A DNA stretch of 64,000 nucleotides, from contig JAUCBJ010007446.1 in the NCBI GenBank assembly GCA_032718475.1, positions 1 to 64,000 of the forward strand, written 5' to 3'. Positions within the stretch are counted from its first letter, which is position 1. Every line of letters starts with the position of its first letter. A program made the translations under genes and the position numbers. Under the pieces are notes generated by a model. The model was not told where the DNA came from, ran no database searches, and saw only the letters and a program-made list of their open reading frames with translations. This DNA comes from Nemertoderma westbladi (Eukaryota; Animalia; Xenacoelomorpha). Shown in pieces: positions 38,501-50,084 of the stretch.

Positions 38501-41500
38501 TGTTTGGAGTAGCCGGTACTTGAGACTCGGTTGTAGGAGTTGTCGTTACCAATATAGTTCCTTACCTATAGTAGGATTAGTAACATCTGTTTGGAGTAGC
38601 CGGTACTTGAGACTCGGTTGTAGGAGTTGTCGTTACCAATATAGTTCCTTACCTATAGTAGGATTAGTAACATCTGTTTGGAGTAGCCGGTACTTGAGAC
38701 TCGGTTGTAGGAGTTGTCGTTACCAATATAGTTCCTTACCTATAGTAGGATTAGTAACATCTGTTTTGAGTAGCCGGTACTTGAGACTCGGTTATAGGAG
38801 TTGGCGTTACGAATATAGTTCCTTACCTATAGTAGGATTAGTAACATCTGTTTGTGGAGGGAGTAACCGGTACTTGAGACTCGGTTGTAGGAGTTGGCGT
38901 TACCAATATAGTTCCTTACCTATAGTAGGATTAGTAACATCTGTTTTGAGTAGCCGGTACTTGAGACTCGGTTGTAGGAGTTGGCGTTACCAATATAGTT
39001 CCTTACCTATAGTAGGATTAGTAACATCTGTTTGGAGTAGCCGTTACTTGAGACTCGGTTGTAGGAGTTGGCGTTACGAATATAGTTCCTTACCTATAGT
39101 AGGATTAGTAACATCTGTTTTGAGTAGCCGGTACTTGAGACTCGGTTGTAGGAGTTGTCGTTACCAATATAGTTCCTTACCTATAGTAGGATTAGTAACA
39201 TCTGTTTTGAGTAGCCGGTACTTGAGACTCGGTTGTAGGAGTTGTCGTTACCAATATAGTTCCTTACCTATAGTAGGATTAGTAACATCTGTTTGTGGAG
39301 GGAGTAGCCGGTACTTGAGACTCGGTTGTAGGAGTTGGCGTTACGAATATAGTTCCTTACCTATAGTAGGATTAGTAACATCTGTTTTGAGTAGCCGGTA
39401 CTTGAGACTCGGTTGTAGGAGTTGTCGTTACCAATATAGTTCCTTACCTATAGTAGGATTAGTAACATCTGTTTTGAGTAGCCGGTACTTGAGACTCGGT
39501 TGTAGGAGTTGTCGTTACCAATATAGTTCCTTACCTATAGTAGGATTAGTAACATCTGTTTTGAGTAGCCGGTACTTGAGACTCGGTTGTAGGAGTTGGC
39601 GTTACCAATATAGTTCCTTACCTATAGTAGGATTAGTAACATCTGTTTTGAGTAGCCGGTACTTGAGACTCGGTTGTAGGAGTTGTCGTTACCAATATAG
39701 TTCCTTACCTATAGTAGGATTAGTAACATCTGTTTTGAGTAGCCGGTACTTGAGACTCGGTTGTAGGAGTTGTCGTTACCAATATAGTTCCTTACCTATA
39801 GTAGGATTAGTAACATCTGTTTGTGGAGGGAGTAGCCGGTACTTGAGACTCGGTTGTAGGAGTTGGCGTTACGAATATAGTTCCTTACCTATAGTAGGAT
39901 TAGTAACATCTGTTTTGAGTAGCCGGTACTTGAGACTCGGTTGTAGGAGTTGTCGTTACCAATATAGTTCCTTACCTATAGTAGGATTAGTAACATCTGT
40001 TTTGAGTAGCCGGTACTTGAGACTCGGTTGTAGGAGTTGTCGTTACCAATATAGTTCCTTACCTATAGTACGATTAGTAACATCTGTTTGGAGTAGCCGG
40101 TACTTGAGACTCGGTTGTAGGAGTTGTCGTTACCAATATAGTTCCTTACCTATAGTAGGATTAGTAACATCTGTTTGGAGTAGCCGGTACTTGAGACTCG
40201 GTTGTAGGAGTTGTCGTTACCAATATAGTTCCTTACCTATAGTAGGATTAGTAACATCTGTTTGGAGTAGTCGGTACTTGAGACTCGGTTGTAGGAGTTG
40301 GCGTTACCAATATAGTTCCTTACCTATAGTAGGATTAGTAACATCTGTTTGGAGTAGCCGGTACTTGAGACTCGGTTGTAGGAGTTGGCGTTACGAATAT
40401 AGTTCCTTACCTATAGTAGGATTAGTAACATCTGTTTGGAGTAGCCGGTACTTGAGACTCGGTTGTAGGAGTTGGCGTTACCAATATAGTTCCTTACCTA
40501 TAGTAGGATTAGTAACATCTGTTTGGAGTAGCCGGTACTTGAGACTCGGTTGTAGGAGTTGTCGTTACCAATATAGTTCCTTACCTATAGTAGGATTAGT
40601 AACATCTGTTTGGAGTAGCCGGTACTTGAGACTCGGTTGTAGGAGTTGGCGTTACGAATATAGTTCCTTACCTATAGTAGGATTAGTAACATCTGTTTGG
40701 AGTAGCCGGTACTTGAGACTCGGTTGTAGGAGTTGGCGTTACCAATATAGTTCCTTACCTATAGTAGGATTAGTAACATCTGTTTGGAGTAGCCGGTACT
40801 TGAGACTCGGTTGTAGGAGTTGTCGTTACCAATATAGTTCCTTACCTATAGTAGGATTAGTAACATCTGTTTTGAGTAGCCGGTACTTGAGACTCGGTTG
40901 TAGGAGTTGTCGTTACCAATATAGTTCCTTACCTATAGTAGGATTAGTAACATCTGTTTGGAGTAGCCGGTACTTGAGACTCGGTTGTAGGAGTTGTCGT
41001 TACCAATATAGTTCCTTACCTATAGTAGGATTAGTAACATCTGTTTGGAGTAGCCGGTACTTGAGACTCGGTTGTAGGAGTTGGCGTTACCAATATAGTT
41101 CCTTACCTATAGTAGGATTAGTAACATCTGTTTGGAGTAGCCGGTACTTGAGACTCGGTTGTAGGAGTTGTCGTTACCAATATAGTTCCTTACCTATAGT
41201 AGGATTAGTAACATCTGTTTTGAGTAGCCGGTACTTGAGACTCGGTTGTAGGAGTTGGCGTTACCAATATAGTTCCTTACCTATAGTAGGATTAGTAACA
41301 TCTGTTTGGAGTAGCCGGTACTTGAGACTCGGTTGTAGGAGTTGTCGTTACCAATATAGTTCCTTACCTATAGTAGGATTAGTAACATCTGTTTGGAGTA
41401 GCCGGTACTTGAGACTCGGTTGTAGGAGTTGTCGTTACGAATATAGTTCCTTACCTATAGTAGGATTAGTAACATCTGTTTGGAGTAGCCGGTACTTGAG

Positions 41501-41889
41501 ACTCGGTTGTAGGAGTTGTCGTTACCAATATAGTTCCTTACCTATAGTAGGATTAGTAACATCTGTTTGGAGTAGCCGGTACTTGAGACTCGGTTGTAGG
41601 AGTTGTCGTTACGAATATAGTTCCTTACCTATAGTACGATTAGTAACATCTGTTTGGAGTAGCCGGTACTTGAGACTCGGTTGTAGGAGTTGGCGTTACG
41701 AATATAGTTCCTTACCTATAGTAGGATTAGTAACATCTGTTTGGAGTAGCCGGTACTTGAGACTCGGTTGTAGGAGTTGTCGTTACCAATATAGTTCCTT
41801 ACCTATAGTAGGATTAGTAACATCTGTTTTGAGTAGCCGGTACTTGAGACTCGGTTGTAGGAGTTGTCGTTACCAATATAGTTCCTTAC
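29508..41889 (-). repeat. 87-bp tandem array (141 full copies, 12.4 kb) derived from the 3' end and donor of the neurexin Cys-loop exon
   Basis: Minus-strand unit gtaaggaactatattggtaacgacaactcctacaaccgagtctcaagtaccggctactccaaacagATGTTACTAATCCTACTATAG. Donor-to-donor span 41890-29566 = 12324 = 141x87 + 57 (nine +6 and one +3 insertions). Confidence 0.97.
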
Positions 41890-42067
41890 CTATAGTAGGA
41901 TTAGTAACATCTGTTTGCGGAGTTTCCGGTACTTGAGAGACGGTTGTAGTTGTTGTTACGAATATAGTTCCATCGCCGCTAGAATATTCGCAGTCGTCGT
42001 CCTCGTTGTCATAGTAATCACAGTCAGCCGACGCCGTTGTAGATATTATATCACCGCCTTGCCAAAA
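41890..42067 (-). CDS. NRXN: Neurexin Cys-loop/stalk exon (upstream of the SS5-equivalent position)
   Basis: tatttgcag acceptor, ATAG|GTAAGG donor, 178 nt, phase 0-1. TTASADCDYYDNEDDDCEYSSG matches the neurexin [21 protein letters not shown] Cys-loop. Confidence 0.9.
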
Positions 42068-42156
42068 CTGCAAATATAAATTATTGTATTTGCATGTAAC
42101 TATACAACCAATATACCAATAACAATGTCTTATTTGAGTTGCCAAATTGTTATAAA

Positions 42157-42722
42157 AAAACCTCTACATACCGCCAATTACTTTATTTTAGTGGCCCATA
42201 AAAACCTCTACATACCGCCAATTACTTTATTTTAGTGGCCCATAAAAACCTCTACATACCGCCAATTACTTTATTTTAGTGGCCCATAAAAACCTCTACA
42301 TACCGCCAATTACTTTATTTAGTGGCCCATAAAAACCTCTACATACCGCCAATTACTTTATTTAGTGGCCCATAAAAACCTCTACATACCGTCAATTACT
42401 TTATTTTAGTGGCCCATAAAAACCTCTACATACCGTCAATTACTTTATTTAGTGGCCCATAAAAACCTCTACATACCGCCAATTACTTTATTTAGTGGCC
42501 CATAAAAACCTCTACATACCGCCAATTACTTTATTTTAGTGGCCCATAAAAACCTCTACATACCGCCAATTACTTTATTTAGTGGCCCATAAAAACCTCT
42601 ACATACCGCCAATTACTTTATTTAGTGGCCCATAAAAACCTCTACATACCGCCAAATACTTTATTTAGTGGCCCATAAAAACCTCTACATACCGTCAATT
42701 ACTTTATTTTAGTGGCCCATAA
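42157..42722. repeat. 42/43-bp intronic minisatellite, ~13 copies
   Basis: Unit aaaacctctacataccgccaattactttattt(t)agtggcccat. Confidence 0.96.
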
Positions 42723-42975
42723 ATTGTCTTTTATATGATAATAAAATTCTAAAAAGTTATTTTGGTCGATTATTATGCAGAACTTAATGGCGAAGGATGT
42801 TTAGTTTTGGAGATATGACGATTTTACATGTTTCTATTACAATCAAATTAACATTTCATTTGTTCGTTTCATTTGTTTTTAATCTTCAAAAAAACCCGAG
42901 GAATCTCAAAAAATGTAAAGCACTTGCTATCCATTGCTATTGCACACCAATACCAAAGCTAATGCTTAAACTTAC

Positions 42976-43217
42976 AGGGTCATCGCTAGGTGGTCCGTCT
43001 GTAGACACCGGTATTGGTGTGCTGACTAGGTACATGGGCCCATGTACACCTACGTTCTCGTCCCCTACAGCAGCTAAGTCCAATGGGAAGATCCCGTTAT
43101 AGAACAATCCCGCCATGTATCCGGTAAAGAGATCGTACAATGGTTGCTCCTCAGGGGACATTGCCATGGCGATGTAGATCGTTCGTTGTTTGTCAAAATC
43201 CGTCAATGTTGATTTAT
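42976..43217 (-). CDS. NRXN: Neurexin exon: C-terminal part of LNS6 (after SS4)
   Basis: cgcccag|AT acceptor, CCT|GTAAGT donor, 242 nt, phase 1-0. LTDFDKQRTIYI...FTGYMAGLFYNGIFPLDLAAVGDENVGVHG resembles LTIFNSQATIII...[30 protein letters not shown]. Confidence 0.92.
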
Positions 43218-43757
43218 CTGGGCGGTAATATAAATAATGACAGATACATAATATATTATAACATATTATAACATAAGTAATGACACATACATAACATATT
43301 ATAACATAAGTAAAGACAGATACATAACATATTATAACATAAGTAATGACAGATACATAACATATTATAACATAAGTAATGACAGATACATAACATATTA
43401 TAACATAATTAATGACAGATACATAACATATTATAACATAAGTAATGACAGATACATAACATATTATAACATAAGTAATGACAGATACATAACATATTAT
43501 AACATAAGTAATGACAGATACATAACATATTATAACATAAGTAATGACAGATACATAACATATTATAACATAAGTAATGACAGATACATAACATATTATA
43601 ACATAAGTAATGACAGATACATAACATATTATAACATAAGTAATGACACATACATAACATATTATAACATAAGTAATGACACATACATAACATATTATAA
43701 CATAAGTAATGACAGATACATAACATATTATAACATAAGTAATGACACATAGATAAC

Positions 43758-43760
<3 letters not shown>

Positions 43761-43789
<29 letters not shown>

Positions 43790-44030
43790 TTGGTTATTCA
43801 TATAGCGCTTTTCTACGCTCAGCATACTCAAAGCGCTTTTATTATCATTACCCCAGCAAAGCCAGGTTCCCATTATACCGCTGGGTTGGCGTAGGCACTA
43901 ATGTCTAATGTGTCTTGCCTAGGGACACAACAGTGCGAAATTTCTACAGCCTTTAGTCGGATTCGAACCTGCACCACCAAACACTATTGTGTAAGCAGTT
44001 CAGGCGCCGTATCCACTCGGACACTGCGAC
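43761..44030 (-). mobile_element. tRNA-derived SINE, copy 1
   Basis: Minus strand: A-box GTGTCCGAGTGG, B-box GGTTCGAATCC, body TGTGTCCCTAGGCAAGACAC...AACCCAGCGGTATAATGGGAACC, L2-like tail AAAGCGCTTTGAG...GAAAAGCGCTATAT, then (TTA)n. Confidence 0.88.
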
Positions 44031-44545
44031 ATAATAATAATAATTATAATTTAATAATTAATTATAATAATCATTATAACATAATATAATAACATAAGTA
44101 ATGACAGATACATAACATATTACAACATAAGTAATGACACATACATAACATATTATAACATAAGTAATGACAGATACATAACATATTATAACATAATTAA
44201 TGACAGATACATAACATATTATAACATAAGTAATGACAGATACATAACATATTATAACATAAGTAATGACAGATACATAACATATTATAACATAAGTAAT
44301 GACAGATACATAACATATTATAACATAAGTAATGACAGATACATAACATATTATAACATAAGTAATGACAGATACATAACATATTATAACATAAGTAATG
44401 ACAGATACATAACATATTATAACATAAGTAATGACACATACATAACATATTATAACATAAGTAATGACACATACATAACATATTATAACATAAGTAATGA
44501 CAGATACATAACATATTATAACATAAGTAATGACACATAGATAAC

Positions 44546-44548
<3 letters not shown>

Positions 44549-44577
<29 letters not shown>

Positions 44578-44818
44578 TTGGTTATTCATATAGCGCTTTT
44601 CTACGCTCAGCATACTCAAAGCGCTTTTATTATCATTACCCCAGCAAAGCCAGGTTCCCATTATACCGCTGGGTTGGCGTAGGCACTAATGTCTAATGTG
44701 TCTTGCCTAGGGACACAACAGTGCGAAATTTCTACAGCCTTTAGTCGGATTCGAACCTGCACCACCAAACACTATTGTGTAAGCAGTTCAGGCGCCGTAT
44801 CCACTCGGACACTGCGAC
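44549..44818 (-). mobile_element. tRNA-derived SINE, copy 2 (tandem duplicate)
   Basis: Same sequence and flanks as copy 1, offset 788 bp. Confidence 0.88.
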
Positions 44819-45333
44819 ATAATAATAATAATTATAATTTAATAATTAATTATAATAATCATTATAACATAATATAATAACATAAGTAATGACAGATACA
44901 TAACATATTACAACATAAGTAATGACACATACATAACATATTATAACATAAGTAATGACAGATACATAACATATTATAACATAATTAATGACAGATACAT
45001 AACATATTATAACATAAGTAATGACAGATACATAACATATTATAACATAAGTAATGACAGATACATAACATATTATAACATAAGTAATGACAGATACATA
45101 ACATATTATAACATAAGTAATGACAGATACATAACATATTATAACATAAGTAATGACAGATACATAACATATTATAACATAAGTAATGACAGATACATAA
45201 CATATTATAACATAAGTAATGACACATACATAACATATTATAACATAAGTAATGACACATACATAACATATTATAACATAAGTAATGACAGATACATAAC
45301 ATATTATAACATAAGTAATGACACATAGATAAC

Positions 45334-45336
<3 letters not shown>

Positions 45337-45365
<29 letters not shown>

Positions 45366-45606
45366 TTGGTTATTCATATAGCGCTTTTCTACGCTCAGCA
45401 TACTCAAAGCGCTTTTATTATCATTACCCCAGCAAAGCCAGGTTCCCATTATACCGCTGGGTTGGCGTAGGCACTAATGTCTAATGTGTCTTGCCTAGGG
45501 ACACAACAGTGCGAAATTTCTACAGCCTTTAGTCGGATTCGAACCTGCACCACCAAACACTATTGTGTAAGCAGTTCAGGCGCCGTATCCACTCGGACAC
45601 TGCGAC
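45337..45606 (-). mobile_element. tRNA-derived SINE, copy 3 (tandem duplicate)
   Basis: Same sequence and flanks as copy 1, offset 1576 bp. Confidence 0.88.
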
Positions 45607-46265
45607 ATAATAATAATAATTATAATTTAATAATTAATTATAATAATCATTATAACATAATATAATAACATAAGTAATGACAGATACATAACATATTACA
45701 ACATAAGTAATGACACATACATAACATATTATAACATAAGTAATGACAGATACATAACATATTATAACATATTATAACATAAGTAATGACAGATACATAA
45801 CATATTATAACATAAGTAATGACAGATACATAACATATTATAACATAAGTAATGACAGATACATAACATATTATAACATAAGTAATGACACATAGATAAC
45901 ATATTATAACATATTATAACATAAGTAATGACAGATACATAACATATTATAACATATTATAACATAAGTAATGACACATAGATAACATATTATAACATAT
46001 TATAACATAAGTAATGACAGATACATAACATATTATAACATATTATAACATAAGTAATGACACATACATAACATATTATAACATAAGTAATGACAGATAC
46101 ATAACATATTACAACATAAGTAATGACACATACATAACATATTATAACATAAGTAATGACACATAGATAACATATTATAACATATTATAACATAAGTAAT
46201 GACAGATACATAACGTATTACAACATAAGTAATGACACATACATAACATATTATAACATAAGTAA

Positions 46266-49200
46266 TCAAACACATTGTAGATTGGTTTACCTTGCGAACT
46301 GGTTACAGTAGTTCCAACTTCCTAGTAAACATCAAACACATTGCAGATTGGTTTACCTTGCGAACTGGTTACAGTAGTTCCTACTTCCTACATCAAACAC
46401 ATTGCAGATTGGTTTACCTTGCGAACTGGTTACAGTAGTTCCTACTTCCTACATCAAACACATTGCAGATTGGTTTACCTTGCGAACTGGTTACAGAAGT
46501 TCCTACTTCCTACATCAAACACATTGCAGATTGGTTTACCTTGCGAACTGGTTACAGTAGTTCCAACTTCCTACATCTAACACATTGCAGATTGGTTTAC
46601 CTTGCGAACTGGTTACAGTAGTTCCTACTTCCTACATCTAACACATTGCAGATTGGTTTACCTTGCGAACTGGTTACAGAAGTTCCTACTTCCTACATCA
46701 AACACATTGTAGATTGGTTTACCTTGCGAACTGGTTACAGTAGTTCCTACTTCCTACATCAAACACAATGTAGATTGGTTTACCTTGCGAACTGGTTACA
46801 GTAGTTCCTACTTCCTACATCAAACACATTGCAGATTGGTTTACCTTGCGAACTGGTTACAGTAGTTCCTACTTCCTACATCAAACACATTGCAGATTGG
46901 TTTACCTTGCGAACTGGTTACAGAAGTTCCTACTTCCTACATCAAACACATTGCAGATTGGTTTACCTTGCGAACTGGTTACAGTAGTTCCAACTTCCTA
47001 CATCTAACACATTGCAGATTGGTTTACCTTGCGAACTGGTTACAGTAGTTCCTACTTCCTACATCTAACACATTGCAGATTGGTTTACCTTGCGAACTGG
47101 TTACAGAAGTTCCTACTTCCTACATCAAACACATTGTAGATTGGTTTACCTTGCGAACTGGTTACAGTAGTTCCTACTTCCTACATCAAACACATTGTAG
47201 ATTGGTTTACCTTGCGAACTGGTTACAGTAGTTCCTACTTCCTACATCAAACACATTGCAGATTGGTTTACCTTGCGAACTGGTTACAGTAGTTCCTACT
47301 TCCTACATCTAACACATTGCAGATTGGTTTACCTTGCGAACTGGTTACAGAAGTTCCTACTTCCTACATCAAACACATTGTAGATTGGTTTACCTTGCGA
47401 ACTGGTTACAGTAGTTCCTACTTCCTACATCAAACACATTGCAGATTGGTTTACCTTGCGAACTGGTTACAGTAGTTCCTACTTCCTACATCAAACACAT
47501 TGTAGATTGGTTTACCTTGGGAACTGGTTACAGTAGTTCCTACTTCCTACATCAAACACATTGTAGATTGGTTTACCTTGCGAACTGGTTACAGTAGTTC
47601 CTACTTCCTACATCAAACACATTGTAGATTGGTTTACCTTGGGAACTGGTTACAGTAGTTCCTACTTCCTACATCAAACACATTGCAGATTGGTTTACCT
47701 TGGGAACTGGTTACAGTAGTTCCTACTGCCTACATCAAACACATTGCAGATTGGTTTACCTTGCGAACTGGTTACAGTAGTTCCTACTTCCTACATCAAA
47801 CACATTGCAGATTGGTTTACCTTGCGAACTGGTTACAGTAGTTCCTACTTCCTACATCAAACACATTGCAGATTGGTTTACCTTGGGAACTGGTTACAGT
47901 AGTTCCTACTGCCTACATCAAACACATTGCAGATTGGTTTACCTTGCGAACTGGTTACAGTAGTTCCTACTTCCTACATCAAACACATTACAGATTGGTT
48001 TACCTTGCGAACTGGTTACAGTAGTTCCTACTTCCTACATCAAACACATTGCAGATTGGTTTACCTTGCGAACTGGTTACAGTAGTTCCTACTTCCTACA
48101 TCTAACACATTGCAGATTGGTTTACCTTGCGAACTGGTTACAGTAGTTCCTACTTCCTACATCAAACACATTGTAGATTGGTTTACCTTGCGAACTGGTT
48201 ACAGTAGTTCCTACTTCCTACATCAAACACATTGCAGATTGGTTTACCTTGCGAACTGGTTACAGTAGTTCCTACTTCCTACATCAAACACATTGCAGAT
48301 TGGTTTACCTTGCGAACTGGTTACAGTAGTTCCTACTTCCTACATCAAACACATTGTAGATTGGTTTACCTTGCGAACTGGTTACAGTAGTTCCTACTTC
48401 CTACATCAAACACATTGCAGATTGGTTTACCTTGCGAACTGGTTACAGTAGTTCCTACTTCCTACATCAAACACATTGCAGATTGGTTTACCTTGCGAAC
48501 TGGTTACAGTAGTTCCTACTTCCTACATCAAACACATTGCAGATTGGTTTACCTTGCGAACTGGTTACAGTAGTTCCTACTTCCTACATCAAACACATTG
48601 TAGATTGGTTTACCTTGCGAACTGGTTACAGTAGTTCCTACTTCCTACATCAAACACATTGCAGATTGGTTTACCTTGCGAACTGGTTACAGTAGTTCCT
48701 ACTTCCTACATCAAACACATTGCAGATTGGTTTACCTTGCGAACTGGTTACAGTAGTTCCTACTTCCTACATCAAACACATTGCAGATTGGTTTACCTTG
48801 CGAACTGGTTACAGTAGTTCCTACTTCCTACATCAAACACATTGTAGATTGGTTTACCTTGCGAACTGGTTACAGTAGTTCCAACTTCCTACATCAAACA
48901 CATTGCAGATTGGTTTACCTTGCGAACTGGTTACAGTAGTTCCTACTTCCTACATCAAACACATTGCAGATTGGTTTACCTTGCGAACTGGTTACAGTAG
49001 TTCCTACTTCCTACATCAAACACATTGCAGATTGGTTTACCTTGCGAACTGGTTACAGTAGTTCCTACTTCCTACATCAAACACATTGCAGATTGGTTTA
49101 CCTTGCGAACTGGTTACAGTAGTTCCTACTTCCTACATCAAACACATTGCAGATTGGTTTACCTTGCGAACTGGTTACAGTAGTTCCTACTTCCTACATC

Positions 49201-49501
49201 AAACACATTGTAGATTGGTTTACCTTGCGAACTGGTTACAGTAGTTCCTACTTCCTACATCAAACACATTGCAGATTGGTTTACCTTGCGAACTGGTTAC
49301 AGTAGTTCCTACTTCCTACATCAAACACATTTTAGATTGGTTTACCTTGCGAACTGGTTACAGTAGTTCCTACTTCCTACATCAAACACATTGCAGATTG
49401 GTTTACCTTGCGAACTGGTTACAGTAGTTCCTACTTCCTACATCAAACACATTGCAGATTGGTTTACCTTGCGAACTGGTTACAGTAGTTCCTACTTCCT
49501 A
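46266..49501 (-). repeat. 61-bp tandem array (53 copies) in the neurexin SS4-equivalent intron; each unit reads as tag|31 nt|gtaaa
   Basis: Minus-strand unit gtgtttgatgtagGAAGTAGGAACTACTGTAACCAGTTCGCAAGgtaaaccaatctgcaat; donor span 49468-46291 = 52x61 + 5. Confidence 0.96.
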
Positions 49502-50084
49502 GAACATCGTATTTTACAAATTTGATTTAATTAACATTTTGATTTCCTAACAATTTATTGAAGTAGGCCTACGTACCGGTAGCAGACGGAACACACCACA
49601 GTATATTAAATGAAATTAGTTTCATTATTACTCTTCAAAGAACTTTGTGGGTCGAAATAAAATATGATTATCAGAGCAAATCTTCCTCCCTTATATCGAT
49701 AGATACTAAGAGGTGCGAATTGAATTGAGTTTCACAAATAATAGAATTAGTGAAGTCATCAAGTCCAGCGAATAGCATTACTCACTGGACTGGTTGTATC
49801 GAACTATCTGTTACAAATCAGCATTAATAAACATTTAAAACTGAAATATATTCGCTATGTTGGCGATGTGATGTTGAAGCGGTTAGGTTGTAGAATATTC
49901 AATATTCTGTATCGCAAACACAATGACCGCTACTGTAATAGTGTCTAAAAATCATATAATTAAATTTAAAACATAAAGTAAAGGAGCAGGTTACAGTGGC
50001 GGTGTTTTCTAACCAAAACAATAAACGAAGCCTTACTTCACTTGCGCCACTATTTGACCGGTCTACCATCTATACTCAACTCAC

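Larger units (their letters stand above)
43232..46266. repeat. AT-rich 33-bp satellite containing a 788-bp higher-order unit repeated 3 times
   Basis: Unit aagtaatgacagatacataacatattataacat; identical ORF-track entries at 43409, 44197 and 44985 give a period of 788. Confidence 0.96.

Noticed and set aside
29520-41936. 4138-aa plus-strand ORF
   Set aside because: By-product of an 87-bp (29-codon) unit lacking a stop in one frame. It starts at TTG, is antisense to neurexin, and its common variants are non-synonymous (C/W, Q/E, W/L).
43955-44030. tRNA gene (Leu/Ser-like), 3 copies
   Set aside because: A/B boxes are present, but the acceptor stem does not close and the sequence continues into a SINE body and (TTA)n tail.
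43409-46275. Cys/His/Tyr-rich ORFs (CHYLCYNML repeats)
   Set aside because: Translations of the 33-bp satellite and SINE tail.
13342-49501. CRISPR-like arrays
   Set aside because: Head-to-tail repeats without unique spacers, no cas genes, and a eukaryotic spliced-gene context.
50037-50069. ATG-initiated 33-nt exon (MVDRSNSGASE|gtaagg) as the start of a short neurexin isoform
   Set aside because: Only 15 nt from the upstream donor, with no signal peptide or promoter evidence.
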